Of a stretch of 64,000 bases of DNA, positions 29,095 through 38,008 are shown one piece after another. Each line of letters begins with the position of its first letter. Within the stretch, counting starts at the first letter, position 1. The notes under the pieces were generated by a model. That model was not told the DNA's origin, searched no databases, and saw only the letters and a list, made by a program, of their open reading frames with translations. The stretch spans positions 10,491-74,490 of the forward strand of contig JADMJV010000035.1 of assembly GCA_018780265.1 (NCBI GenBank). Reading direction: 5' to 3'. The DNA comes from a bacterium (GTDB taxonomy: Bacteria > Vulcanimicrobiota > Xenobia > Xenobiales > JADMJV01). The position numbers and the translations under genes were made by a program.

Positions 29095-29999
29095 AGCGGG
29101 TGGTCAGCGTCAGTCTGGGCTCGTCCACGCGCGACCACCGGGCCGAAACCACCCTGTTAGGAGTTCCGTTCCAGGTGGAACGGCGGGGCGTGGACGGCCA
29201 GTTCAAGGCCGCCCAGGCCCTGTTGCGCGAGTTAGATGGGCAAGTCGACGCCATCGGTCTGGGCGGGGTGGACATCTACCTGCGCTGCCGCGACCGCCGC
29301 TACGCCCTGCGCGATGGGTTGCGCCTGCAGCAATGCGTGACCAAGACGCCCGTGGTCGACGGCAGCGGCCTGAAGGACACCCTGGAGGCCAGCGTGGTCC
29401 ACCAGTTGGCCAAGAATTTCCCGCTGGCCGGGGCCAAAGTATTGGTGGTTTCGGCCCTGGACCGCTTCGGCCTGGCCGAAGCACTGGTGCAGGTAGGCGC
29501 CCAATGCACCTTTGGGGACAAGATGTTTGCCCTCGACCTGGATCAGCCCATTTACAGCCTCGACGAACTGCAGGAACAGGCCGACAAACTGCTGCCCGAG
29601 CTGTGCAAACTGCCCATCAGCATGCTTTATCCGGTGGGTCCCAAGCAGATGACCATCGAGGCCAAACCATTGACCTCCGGCTACATGCAAGAGGCCGACT
29701 GGATTTGCGGCGATTTTCATTTGATCCGCCGACGTCTACCCGACCATCTTCCCGGCAAGGTGATTCTTACCAATACAGTTACTCTCGACGACATCGAGCA
29801 ACTTCGGTCGCGAGGGGCGGCCACTTTGATAACGACCACCCCGGAGTATCAAGGGCGCTCGTTTGGCACCAACGTGCTCGAGGCCATGCTGGTGGCCCTG
29901 CTGGAGAAACCGTGGCAAGCGGTGGACAGGCAGGATTATCTGCGACTATTGCGAGATCTTCAGTGGAAACCTCGCATTTTAACGCTGCAATCGGAGTAA
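29091..29999 (+). CDS. conserved hypothetical protein (function unknown)
   Basis: 302-aa ORF with ATGA overlap upstream. It starts MKRVVSVSLGSSTRDHRAE. I have a vague memory of quinate 5-dehydrogenase labels on similar proteins but cannot verify this. Confidence 0.6.
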   Translation: MKRVVSVSLGSSTRDHRAETTLLGVPFQVERRGVDGQFKAAQALLRELDGQVDAIGLGGVDIYLRCRDRRYALRDGLRLQQCVTKTPVVDGSGLKDTLEASVVHQLAKNFPLAGAKVLVVSALDRFGLAEALVQVGAQCTFGDKMFALDLDQPIYSLDELQEQADKLLPELCKLPISMLYPVGPKQMTIEAKPLTSGYMQEADWICGDFHLIRRRLPDHLPGKVILTNTVTLDDIEQLRSRGAATLITTTPEYQGRSFGTNVLEAMLVALLEKPWQAVDRQDYLRLLRDLQWKPRILTLQSE

Positions 30000-30002
30000 C
30001 GC

Positions 30003-31499
30003 ATGTCCAATCCCGAAGAAGAAGGCTCCAGCCTTGATGACCTGATCGCCTTTCGGCGCAAGCATCTGGAAAATTTCAAGGCGGCCGGCCTCAAACCGTG
30101 GGGGCAGCGCTATCATCGTGATCGCACCGCCGATTCGATCCACCAGGAGTTTGCCGAACTCACCTCCGAGCAGGAAGGCCCTCATGTCAGCGTGGCCGGT
30201 CGGGTCACTGCCCACCGCCATCAGGGCAAGGCCACCTTCATCGACGTGACCGACGTGAGCGGACGTATCCAGTGCTACTTTCGCCAGAACGACCTGGAAG
30301 AGAGCTATGCCCTGCTGAGCAATGTCGACATCGGCGACTTTCTGGGCATCAAAGGCAAGGTCTTTCGCACCCGCCGCGGTGAGTTGTCGCTGCACGTCAC
30401 CGAGTGGACGCCCCTGTCCAAGTCGCTGCGCCCCCCACCCGAGAAGTTTCACGGCCTGAAAGACCAGGAGACCAAGTATCGGCAACGCTACGTAGACCTG
30501 CTCTCGAGCAGCGAAGTGCGCCAGACCTTTATCTTGCGCAGCAAAATTCTGGCCGCCATGCGCAGCTACTTCGATGGACTGGGCTTTATCGAAGTGGAAA
30601 CGCCCACCATGACCTCGCTGGCCGGCGGCGCCTCGGCGCGGCCTTTCATCACCCATCACAACGCCCTGGATATGCAACTCTACCTGCGCATTGCCACCGA
30701 GCTTTACCTCAAGCGCTGCATTGTGGGCGGCCTGGAGAAAGTCTACGAGATCGGACGCATCTTCCGCAACGAGGGCATCTCCACGCGCCACAATCCGGAA
30801 TTCACCATGCTCGAACTCTACGAGGCCTACTCGGACTACGAAGGCATGATGGAACTGACGGAAGGGCTCTTCGCCCACCTCTGCGACAAGGTGTTGGGCA
30901 CGGAAACGGTGGTTTTCGACGGCAAAGAGGTCAATCTGCGTCCGCCCTTCCGGCGCGCCAGCATGGACTCTCTGCTGCGCGAGCATGCCGGGCTGGGTTT
31001 GCACGAACTGCGAGATTCGGACACCTGCTTTGCCAAGGCCCGCGAACTCAAGCTGGGATTGGATGCCAAAACGACCACGGTGGCTCACGCTATCGACAAG
31101 ATTGTCGACGAGACGGTGCTGCCCCACCTGGTGCAGCCGACCTTCATCACCGACTACCCCATCGAACTCTCGCCCCTGGCCAAGCGCAAAGACGACGACC
31201 CCAATCTGACCTACCGATTTGAACTGTTCGTGTGCGGATCGGAGATCGCCAACGCCTTCTCCGAACTCAACGACCCCGACGATCAGCGTGGTCGCTTTGA
31301 GTCGCAGCAGGCCCAAAAAGACATCGACGAAGAGGCCCACCCCCTAGACGAAGATTTCTTGCTGGCCCTGGAGCACGGCATGCCACCCACCGGCGGTATC
31401 GGTATCGGCGTTGACCGCCTGGTCATGCTGTTGACGGGCAAAACCTCTATCCGTGATGTAGTGCTCTTCCCGCTGCTCAGACCGCGAGCCGATGGCTGA
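30003..31499 (+). CDS. lysS: lysine--tRNA ligase (class II)
   Basis: OB-fold N-terminus and class II motifs FRNEGISTRHNPEFTMLELYEAYSDY and GGIGIGVDRLVMLLTG. Confidence 0.95.
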   Translation: MSNPEEEGSSLDDLIAFRRKHLENFKAAGLKPWGQRYHRDRTADSIHQEFAELTSEQEGPHVSVAGRVTAHRHQGKATFIDVTDVSGRIQCYFRQNDLEESYALLSNVDIGDFLGIKGKVFRTRRGELSLHVTEWTPLSKSLRPPPEKFHGLKDQETKYRQRYVDLLSSSEVRQTFILRSKILAAMRSYFDGLGFIEVETPTMTSLAGGASARPFITHHNALDMQLYLRIATELYLKRCIVGGLEKVYEIGRIFRNEGISTRHNPEFTMLELYEAYSDYEGMMELTEGLFAHLCDKVLGTETVVFDGKEVNLRPPFRRASMDSLLREHAGLGLHELRDSDTCFAKARELKLGLDAKTTTVAHAIDKIVDETVLPHLVQPTFITDYPIELSPLAKRKDDDPNLTYRFELFVCGSEIANAFSELNDPDDQRGRFESQQAQKDIDEEAHPLDEDFLLALEHGMPPTGGIGIGVDRLVMLLTGKTSIRDVVLFPLLRPRADG

Positions 31500-32679
31500 A
31501 ATGAGGGCCTGGGTCGAGGTCGACCTGGGAGCGCTGCGCAACAACGTGCGCCGGCTCTCCAAGTGGGTCGCCCCGGCCCGTTTTATCGCTGTAGTCAAGT
31601 CCGATGCCTACGGCCACGGCATGATCCCCGTGGCCCGCACGGCCCTGGAAGAAGGCGCCTGGGCCCTGGCCGTGGTCAACATCGACGAAGCTCTGCAACT
31701 GCGCCAGGCCGGCTTTACCTGTCCGGTGATCGTGGTGGGACCCATCTTCCCCGGCGAAATCACGGCCGCCGTGCAGGCCCAGATCAGCCTGCCGGTCTAC
31801 AGTCAGGAAACTCTGTCCGAAGTGGCAGCGGCGGCCGTCGAAACGGGCCAGACGGCCCGCATTCATGTGAAGTTTGACACGGGACTGGGTCGGTTAGCCC
31901 TGCCCTACGACCATGCTTACGAGTTTCTCAGTCTGGTCAAAGCCACTCCCGGTCTCAAAATGGAGGGCCTCTACAGTCATCTGGCCGACGCCGAAGGGCT
32001 GGACCAGCGCTATACCCTGCAGCAGTTCAATCGCTTTCAAGAGGTGCAGCAGGTGGCCGAGAGCCTGGGCATGCGCCCGGAAGTGGCCCACCTGTCGGCC
32101 AGCGCCGCCAGCATGCTGTTGCAGCCGGCCCGGCTCGACGCCGTGCGCGTAGGCATCGCCATGTATGGCTTGTGGCCGGCCGATGAAACCCGGCTGTTAC
32201 TGCTCTCGCGGGGCCACAATCTGTTTCAAGAACTCAATCTGCATTTCAGTTCAGGGCTCACCCCCGAGCTCGACGATCTGCTGCAGCCCGTCCTCAGCTA
32301 CAAAACCCGCATCGCCCAACTCAAGGAAGTGCCGGACCACAGCTCGATCGGCTACGGTTGCACCTTCCAAACCCAGCGTCCCACCCGGCTGGCCATTCTG
32401 CCTGTAGGCTATTATGAGGGCTATGACCGCCACCTTTCCAATTGCGGCGAAGTTCTGATTCGGGGACGGCGAGCGCGCGTGCTGGGCAGGGTGTGCATGA
32501 ATGTGCTCACCGTCGACGTGACCGATATCCCCGACGTCACCCTGGAGGATGAGGTGGTGCTGCTGGGCCGTCAGGGCGGCCAACGGGTGACCGCCGAGGA
32601 GTGGGCCCGCCGCATCGGCAGCATCAACTACGAGGTGGTCACCCGCATCCCGGCTCATATACCCCGGATCTACCCATGA
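31492..32679 (+). CDS. alr: alanine racemase
   Basis: AVVKSDAYGHG (PLP lysine), and C-terminal GYGCTF...ILPVGYYEGYDR...VCMNVLTVDV. Confidence 0.92.
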   Translation: MAEMRAWVEVDLGALRNNVRRLSKWVAPARFIAVVKSDAYGHGMIPVARTALEEGAWALAVVNIDEALQLRQAGFTCPVIVVGPIFPGEITAAVQAQISLPVYSQETLSEVAAAAVETGQTARIHVKFDTGLGRLALPYDHAYEFLSLVKATPGLKMEGLYSHLADAEGLDQRYTLQQFNRFQEVQQVAESLGMRPEVAHLSASAASMLLQPARLDAVRVGIAMYGLWPADETRLLLLSRGHNLFQELNLHFSSGLTPELDDLLQPVLSYKTRIAQLKEVPDHSSIGYGCTFQTQRPTRLAILPVGYYEGYDRHLSNCGEVLIRGRRARVLGRVCMNVLTVDVTDIPDVTLEDEVVLLGRQGGQRVTAEEWARRIGSINYEVVTRIPAHIPRIYP

Positions 32680-33410
32680 CTCGCGCCATGCGCAAGCGGC
32701 TGCAGCGCCTGATGGAGGCCAAACCGCCCCTGATTCGACGCGGCGATCCGCAACAAGAACGGGTGGACACTCTCTATGCCAACCAGGTTCGCCAGACTCT
32801 GGAGATTTTGGCCGGCCTGAGCGGAGACAACGCAGCGACGGTGGCCACCGCCCTCAGTCGCAGCCTGCACCATGCCTGCCAGCAAGCCTGGCAGGCCGCG
32901 GCCGAACAATTTCCTGAAGCGCCCCCCAAGATCCACTGTCGACAGGGCTGCAACTGGTGCTGCCATGAACCGCTTCAGGTACACATCCTGGACGCCATCG
33001 GAGTGGCCTCCGCCAACCTGCCTCCGTTAAACTATTCGCTACCCACGCGCCAGCGCGCCAGCCTGAAGAAGATCTTCAAGGCCTGCCCCATGCTGGTCGA
33101 CGGCCAGTGCTCCGTCTACGAACACCGCCCAGTGATCTGCCGCGCCTATCACTCCACCGACGTGGCGGCCTGTCAGCGGGTGGTGGAAATTCAGGTCGCG
33201 GGCCGTCAAATCCCCATGGATTTGCGCCTCTACGGCTACACCGGCCTACCCCAAGAAGCCACCATGAAAGTCTTGGAAGAACTGGGCATCGACCGCCGCC
33301 CGGTGGTGTTGGGCCTGGCCGTAGCCGCCCTGCAACAAGATTTTGCCGGCCTCACCGGCAACTGGCTCAGGGGCGGCGACGCCTTTGACCCCCACACCGT
33401 CCAAGAATAA
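32676..33410 (+). CDS. YkgJ-family (UPF0153) cysteine-cluster protein
   Basis: CRQGCNWCCHEP and CPMLVDGQCSVYEHRPVICRAY. The start is placed at ATG 32676 (ATGA overlap with the alr stop). Confidence 0.7.
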   Translation: MTRAMRKRLQRLMEAKPPLIRRGDPQQERVDTLYANQVRQTLEILAGLSGDNAATVATALSRSLHHACQQAWQAAAEQFPEAPPKIHCRQGCNWCCHEPLQVHILDAIGVASANLPPLNYSLPTRQRASLKKIFKACPMLVDGQCSVYEHRPVICRAYHSTDVAACQRVVEIQVAGRQIPMDLRLYGYTGLPQEATMKVLEELGIDRRPVVLGLAVAALQQDFAGLTGNWLRGGDAFDPHTVQE

Positions 33411-33458
33411 CCACCACGGGCAGGATGGCACACCGGGGTCGGTTAACCAGAAAACACT

Positions 33459-34709
33459 GTGTATCTCAATGCTATACGGCTGAAGAACTTCCGGTGTTTT
33501 GAAGACCTTGAGCTGAAGTTGAATCCGCGAATGACGGTGCTCATTGGCGATAACGCTTCGGGCAAAACCACCGTTTTAGAAGCCATTGCCATCGCGTTAA
33601 GCGGGTATCTTGGCTCTCTGCCTGGCATGGCGGGGCGGCATATTCACAAAGGCGATGTTCTGCAGTATGTCCACGAGCATGAGGGCCTCGTGACCTATGA
33701 GGCGGATTTTCCTGCGGAAATCCACGCGCAGGGCTTTTTTCAAGGGAATTCCGTGGAGTGGTCACGGGCCCTTACCCGCCCCGATGGTCGTACTACCCGA
33801 GGACCCCACTGGAACCGCTGGACAAAACCGCTGATCGAGGCAGTCACCAAGGGTTGGCCGTGGGAGTTGCCGGTCGTCGCATACTACGGCACCCGCCGGG
33901 TTTGGCTGCAGAAGCGGGCGACCCAGGCCAAACGGGGTGTCGGTTCGCGCTACGACGGCTATATCGATGTGCTCGAGCCTGAGTCGAACCAACGACTGAT
34001 GACTGAATGGATACTCCAGCAGACCATGATCGAGTTGCAGCAGCGACGCAAGAGTGTGCACCTTGCGGCCATCGAGGCGGCCGTCTGCCGCGGTGTACGA
34101 GCCCGCAGGTTCGTATTCAATCTCAAATACAACTGCCTGGAACTGCATTTGGGTGAAGGCGAGGTTGTTCCGTTCGAACAGCTCAGTGATGGTTACCGCA
34201 ACATGGTGGCTCTGGTGGCCGACATCGCCTGGCGCGCCTGCGTGCTGAACCCCCATCTTGGTGCCGAGGTCGCTGAAACCGTCTCGGGCACGGTGTTGAT
34301 CGACGAGATCGACCTGCATTTGCACCCCCGCTGGCAGCGGCGGGTGCTGGTGGACCTGAAGAGTGCCTTTCCTAACCTCCAGTTTGTCGTGACCACTCAT
34401 TCCCCTCAAGTATTGGCTACGGCGCTGAGAGCCGAGGTGCGCCTTCTGGCGGGCCGGGCCATCCAGGCAACGCCTTTTGTCGAGGGCCGGGATGCCAACG
34501 GGCTGCTGCGGGACGCCTTTGATGTCGAGGAACGCCCGGCGGAGACGGAGGCTGCGATTCAGGAACTGGCGGAGCTGATTGAGGGCGAGAGATACGAGCA
34601 GGCCCGAAGAAAGCTCAGTAGCCTGACCGCCACTTTGGGTCCAGATGACCCGGCCATTATTCGTGCCAATTTCGAACTCGAGTTGTCGCCCGACGATGCT
34701 TCGCTTTAG
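33459..34709 (+). CDS. AAA_15/AAA_21-type ABC-like ATPase (PtuA-like)
   Basis: IRLKNFRCFEDLEL...LIGDNASGKTTVLEAI (Walker A), LSDGYRNMVALVADI (signature-like), VLIDEIDLHLHPRWQ (Walker B) and VVTTHSPQVL (H-loop). GTG start. Confidence 0.85.
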   Translation: MYLNAIRLKNFRCFEDLELKLNPRMTVLIGDNASGKTTVLEAIAIALSGYLGSLPGMAGRHIHKGDVLQYVHEHEGLVTYEADFPAEIHAQGFFQGNSVEWSRALTRPDGRTTRGPHWNRWTKPLIEAVTKGWPWELPVVAYYGTRRVWLQKRATQAKRGVGSRYDGYIDVLEPESNQRLMTEWILQQTMIELQQRRKSVHLAAIEAAVCRGVRARRFVFNLKYNCLELHLGEGEVVPFEQLSDGYRNMVALVADIAWRACVLNPHLGAEVAETVSGTVLIDEIDLHLHPRWQRRVLVDLKSAFPNLQFVVTTHSPQVLATALRAEVRLLAGRAIQATPFVEGRDANGLLRDAFDVEERPAETEAAIQELAELIEGERYEQARRKLSSLTATLGPDDPAIIRANFELELSPDDASL

Positions 34710-35370
34710 GAAACAAAAGCAGCCGGAGACGCTGACTCAACTTCAAGCCACTCCTGACAGCGATTGGCGAAGCAGTCGGGAAATACGAGAGCAGTTGCTT
34801 GCGGATCAGGGGTTTCTATGTGCCTACTGTCAGCGGCGGATTCCCTGTGCGATGGCGGAGTCGTACTACCCGGGCATGCACGTTGAACACTGGCTTGCGC
34901 AGTCCACTGACACGACAGCCTCAATGCAATGGTCCAACCTGCTGGGGGTGTGCCCGGGGGAGCCGCCGCTTGAGGCTGGCACCCCTCACGGTCCTAACCA
35001 TTGCGACCGATCTCGCGGACATCGGGAACTGTTCCTCCATCCCATCGAAGGTCGCGGCGCCGATCCGCGGACACATATAACGTATAACCACGAAGGCCGG
35101 ATTGGCCCCAGCGCTGGCGGGAACGCGGACGCCGTGCGCCGCGACATTGCCAGCCTCAACCTGAATCACTGGCGGCTACGACTGATCCGACGAGAGCTTC
35201 GCGATTTCTTGCGGGAGCGCCTCACGCGGCGGGGGTTCTCACTGGCTACTCTTCGCGAACATTACCGCGAGTATTCTCCGCGACAGGACCAGCATAGCCA
35301 CCCGTTGTGCGAAGTGGCACGCTGCTACTTGCGAAGCTGGGCGCGCAAGAAGGGGGCCTCACTTGAGTGA
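34696..35370 (+). CDS. HNH-type nuclease, TIGR02646-like (PtuB-like)
   Basis: CAYCQRRI...MHVEHWLAQS...WSNLLGVCPG...NHCDRSRG (CxxC, H-x-E-H, N, HC). The ATG at 34696 overlaps the ATPase gene by 14 nt. Confidence 0.75.
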   Translation: MLRFRKQKQPETLTQLQATPDSDWRSSREIREQLLADQGFLCAYCQRRIPCAMAESYYPGMHVEHWLAQSTDTTASMQWSNLLGVCPGEPPLEAGTPHGPNHCDRSRGHRELFLHPIEGRGADPRTHITYNHEGRIGPSAGGNADAVRRDIASLNLNHWRLRLIRRELRDFLRERLTRRGFSLATLREHYREYSPRQDQHSHPLCEVARCYLRSWARKKGASLE

Positions 35371-35703
35371 TGGGCCGACGGCCTGCGGGCCCGTCTACGC
35401 CCTACCATCAGTTGTAGTTGCCGGGGTGAAAGTTTAGAAGAAATTGGTTTGGGCGTTTGGGGGAAGGCTCGGGGATGACCTGTGCGTCGTAGCGAATGAG
35501 AGGGTAGCGGGAATAGACTCGCCTGCACAATTCCAGCACTTCCTGATCGGTCATCTGGTGCTGGGGTTGCGTTTTTCGTTGATGATGGTGGCCGTGCCCT
35601 GCGGGCTGAGGAGGCTCTTCAGGAGACGTGATTCTCTCTCAACGCCCGCATGCCGGCGGGTGGAATGAACTCTTCCAACTTGTAGATTCGATAGAGCTGC
35701 CCG

Positions 35704-35766
35704 GAATTTATGAACGAACGCCCTATGAATCGACTTCCACTGGAACGGGATCTCTTCGAGGGCTGA
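35704..35766 (+). pseudogene. C-terminal remnant of an AbrB/VapB-type antitoxin
   Basis: Translates to EFMNERPMNRLPLERDLFEG*, typical of a VapB tail. In-frame stops lie immediately upstream, so only the last ~20 codons remain. Confidence 0.35.
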
Positions 35767-35777
35767 CCTTGCTCTTC

Positions 35778-36008
35778 ATGCTCGACACCGATACCGCCAG
35801 CTACGCCGTCAAAGGCAGCTCGGAACCTTTGAGGCAAAAACTTTCTGCCGTGCCGCCCTCTCCATCAAGCTGTAACGACCTTCCACAAGCTGGTCCTCGT
35901 GCTGCCGTGGGATGCAAAAATCGGCGGACCACTATGCGGATATCCGACACCACCTGATCAGCTCGGGTCAACCCATAGGGGAACTGGATATGATGATTGC
36001 CGCCCGCG
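35778..36008 (+). pseudogene. decayed PIN-domain toxin (VapC)
   Basis: MLDTDTASYAVKGSSEPLRQKL (frame a), VLPWDAK (frame b) and SADHYADIRHHLISSGQPIGELDMMIAARA (frame c) are colinear VapC segments in three frames. A 5-A run at ~35916 marks one frameshift. The middle and C-terminus are missing. Confidence 0.55.
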
Positions 36009-36209
36009 CGTCTGTCCTTCTGCCATCACCCGACCCCAGCGCACAGATAAGCTGGCCCCGGAGGGACAGACTGAGTAGTGCTGGAGATAACGTTGCATCC
36101 GTGTTCGCTGGGCTTCGCCCCAGTCTCGGCTCTCGGCCCAAAACCAGAGTTCGGTTGGTGGGCGTAGGCCTTCGCTCGCGTTGGTATCCACCACCACGGC
36201 TTCATTCAA
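35958..36209 (-). pseudogene. possible truncated FitB/VapC-like PIN remnant downstream of the XRE gene
   Basis: A TTG at 36209 gives LNEAVVVDTNASEGLRPPTELWFW..., resembling the PIN N-terminus LLDTNVxSExLRPxP. The rest is too short and divergent for a full PIN domain. Confidence 0.3.
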
Positions 36210-36594
36210 GGTGGTGTTGCTCCATTTGGCGTTGTTCCTCCCGGTAATCTTGCCAAAAAGCGTCATCGTCTGGGCCCAAGCCTCCGGCTGAGCCTTCCAT
36301 CAACTGGTCCCAGTCCGCCGGGAGAGCTGTCAACAGACCGGCGACGCGGCTACTCAAACCGCCCTCCTGCGATTCTTCCAGGAGATCCGACAGACTGACT
36401 TCCCGTCCTGTGAGTTGCCGAAGCCCTCCCAAAACTCCAGCCAAAGTGTGAAGATCCAACCGTTTCACTTCGTCAGCACGACACCAGGCGTAGACTGTGG
36501 TCTGCGAGACCTGGCCGCGGAGAGTCCGGGCCAGGCGATGGGCACTTAAAGAGTTCTCCGCCAAGAAGCGGTCCAGGCGAACCTTGATCTGCAT
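36202..36594 (-). CDS. XRE-family helix-turn-helix protein (probable antitoxin/regulator)
   Basis: LDRFLAENSLSAHRLARTLRGQVSQTTVYAWCRADEVKRLDLHTLAGVL is a Cro/C1-type HTH. Confidence 0.7.
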   Translation of the reverse strand: MQIKVRLDRFLAENSLSAHRLARTLRGQVSQTTVYAWCRADEVKRLDLHTLAGVLGGLRQLTGREVSLSDLLEESQEGGLSSRVAGLLTALPADWDQLMEGSAGGLGPDDDAFWQDYREEQRQMEQHHLE

Positions 36595-36684
36595 TTCTTC
36601 ATGGTAGCATTTCCGACATATTGGTCAATGGCTGCGGCTAACTGGTAAGAAAAAGCCTGATCCACCAAAGTCAGTGGTGCCCCT

Positions 36685-37944
36685 TTAGCTGTGTTTGCGG
36701 ATCATGGCCTCGAGGGCATCCATACCGCGCACCAGGCTGGCCATCTCGGGGCCAAAGCTGATGCGGCAGTAGTGCTGATAGCGCGCCCTGGGGCGGCGGC
36801 GGCCAGGATTGACATCAAAGAACACGCCCGGCACGGTGATCACCTTGTGCTCTAAGCCGGCTCGGAAAAACTCCAGGCCGTCGTTGAGAGGGGCCGGCAA
36901 CTTGGACAGGTTGGCCCACACATAGAAGGCTCCCTCCGGGTCGGACTCCACCTCCACGCCCATGGCGTTGATGCGCTCCAAAACATAGTCGCGCTTGAGC
37001 CGGAAAGCCGCCTGAATGGCTCGCGTTTCCTGACGAGTCACCTCGGGGTCTAGCAGTTTGATAGCCTCGTGCTGAAACGGATGGTTTGCGCCACCGTCCA
37101 GAAAGGAGCCGGCGCTGGCAATCGCCTCGATCACCGACTTGGGGCCCAAGGTCCAGGAGACGCGCCAGCCCGGATAGCGCCAATTCTTGGTAAGCCCATC
37201 GACGATGATGATGGGATCAGCATTGACATCGTCCACATAGGCGGCCGCCGAAACCATTTTGCAGTCGCTGGGGGAACCGGTGTAGATGTAATGCGAATAA
37301 AATTCATCCAGAATCAGGGTGCAGCGCAACTCGCGGGCAGTCTTCACCCAGGCTTTCAGTTCGTTCCCCTCGGCCAACTGGCCGGTGGGGTTGGCTGGAT
37401 TGCTCATCAGCAGGGCGTTAAAGCCGTGGCCCAAGATTTCGTGGCGCAGAGCGGCCAGACTGATCTTGTAGCCAGCCCCTGCATCCAGCAAAATAGGAAT
37501 GGGAATGAAGGTCTTAAAGCCCGAGAGCAGCTCTTCGTAGGCTGTATAGTCGGGAATGAAGTGGCCCAGATTGATGTTGTCCAGGGCCGCCACCACGCGC
37601 GTCAAAGCCAGTCGCCCTCCGCCTGCGATGGACACGTTTTCATAGCTATACTGGGACTCTTTATCCTTGCGGTAGAGCGAATTGTAAAGATCAGCCACTT
37701 TTTGGCGCAGGACCCGGTCTCCCTCGATGGGGCCGTAGGCGTGGCTGCCGGCGGCGATGTCGAGATGGTCGACACGAGGCGGCGCACCCTCCAAGGGACC
37801 GGTTTCAGGACTGCCCTGGCCAAGATTGGCCCACTCAGGATGGCCGTAGCGAAAGCCCAGTTGGGCCGCCTCGTGCATCACATAAATCACACCCGTGCGT
37901 GGCACCTGTCGAAAGCCGGGAATCACCTGATCCATTGTATCCAT
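36685..37944 (-). CDS. class I/II PLP-dependent aminotransferase
   Basis: GVIYVMHEA..., ANLGQGSPE, NPANPTG and SKNWRYPGWRVSW-like motifs. The track ORF start 38301 overlaps mmsA; likely starts are 37968, 37944 or 37935. Confidence 0.85.
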   Translation of the reverse strand: MDTMDQVIPGFRQVPRTGVIYVMHEAAQLGFRYGHPEWANLGQGSPETGPLEGAPPRVDHLDIAAGSHAYGPIEGDRVLRQKVADLYNSLYRKDKESQYSYENVSIAGGGRLALTRVVAALDNINLGHFIPDYTAYEELLSGFKTFIPIPILLDAGAGYKISLAALRHEILGHGFNALLMSNPANPTGQLAEGNELKAWVKTARELRCTLILDEFYSHYIYTGSPSDCKMVSAAAYVDDVNADPIIIVDGLTKNWRYPGWRVSWTLGPKSVIEAIASAGSFLDGGANHPFQHEAIKLLDPEVTRQETRAIQAAFRLKRDYVLERINAMGVEVESDPEGAFYVWANLSKLPAPLNDGLEFFRAGLEHKVITVPGVFFDVNPGRRRPRARYQHYCRISFGPEMASLVRGMDALEAMIRKHS

Positions 37945-38008
37945 GGTGCGGCCGTTCCCGCACCCCATGGGACAACCCTCTTGGATAGGCGCGAAGCGGT
38001 CCGGGTCG

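Noticed and set aside
29979-31340. 453-aa minus-strand ORF
   Set aside because: It is exactly antisense to an unmistakable lysS. It is the G/A/L/V-rich shadow frame typical of high-GC DNA.
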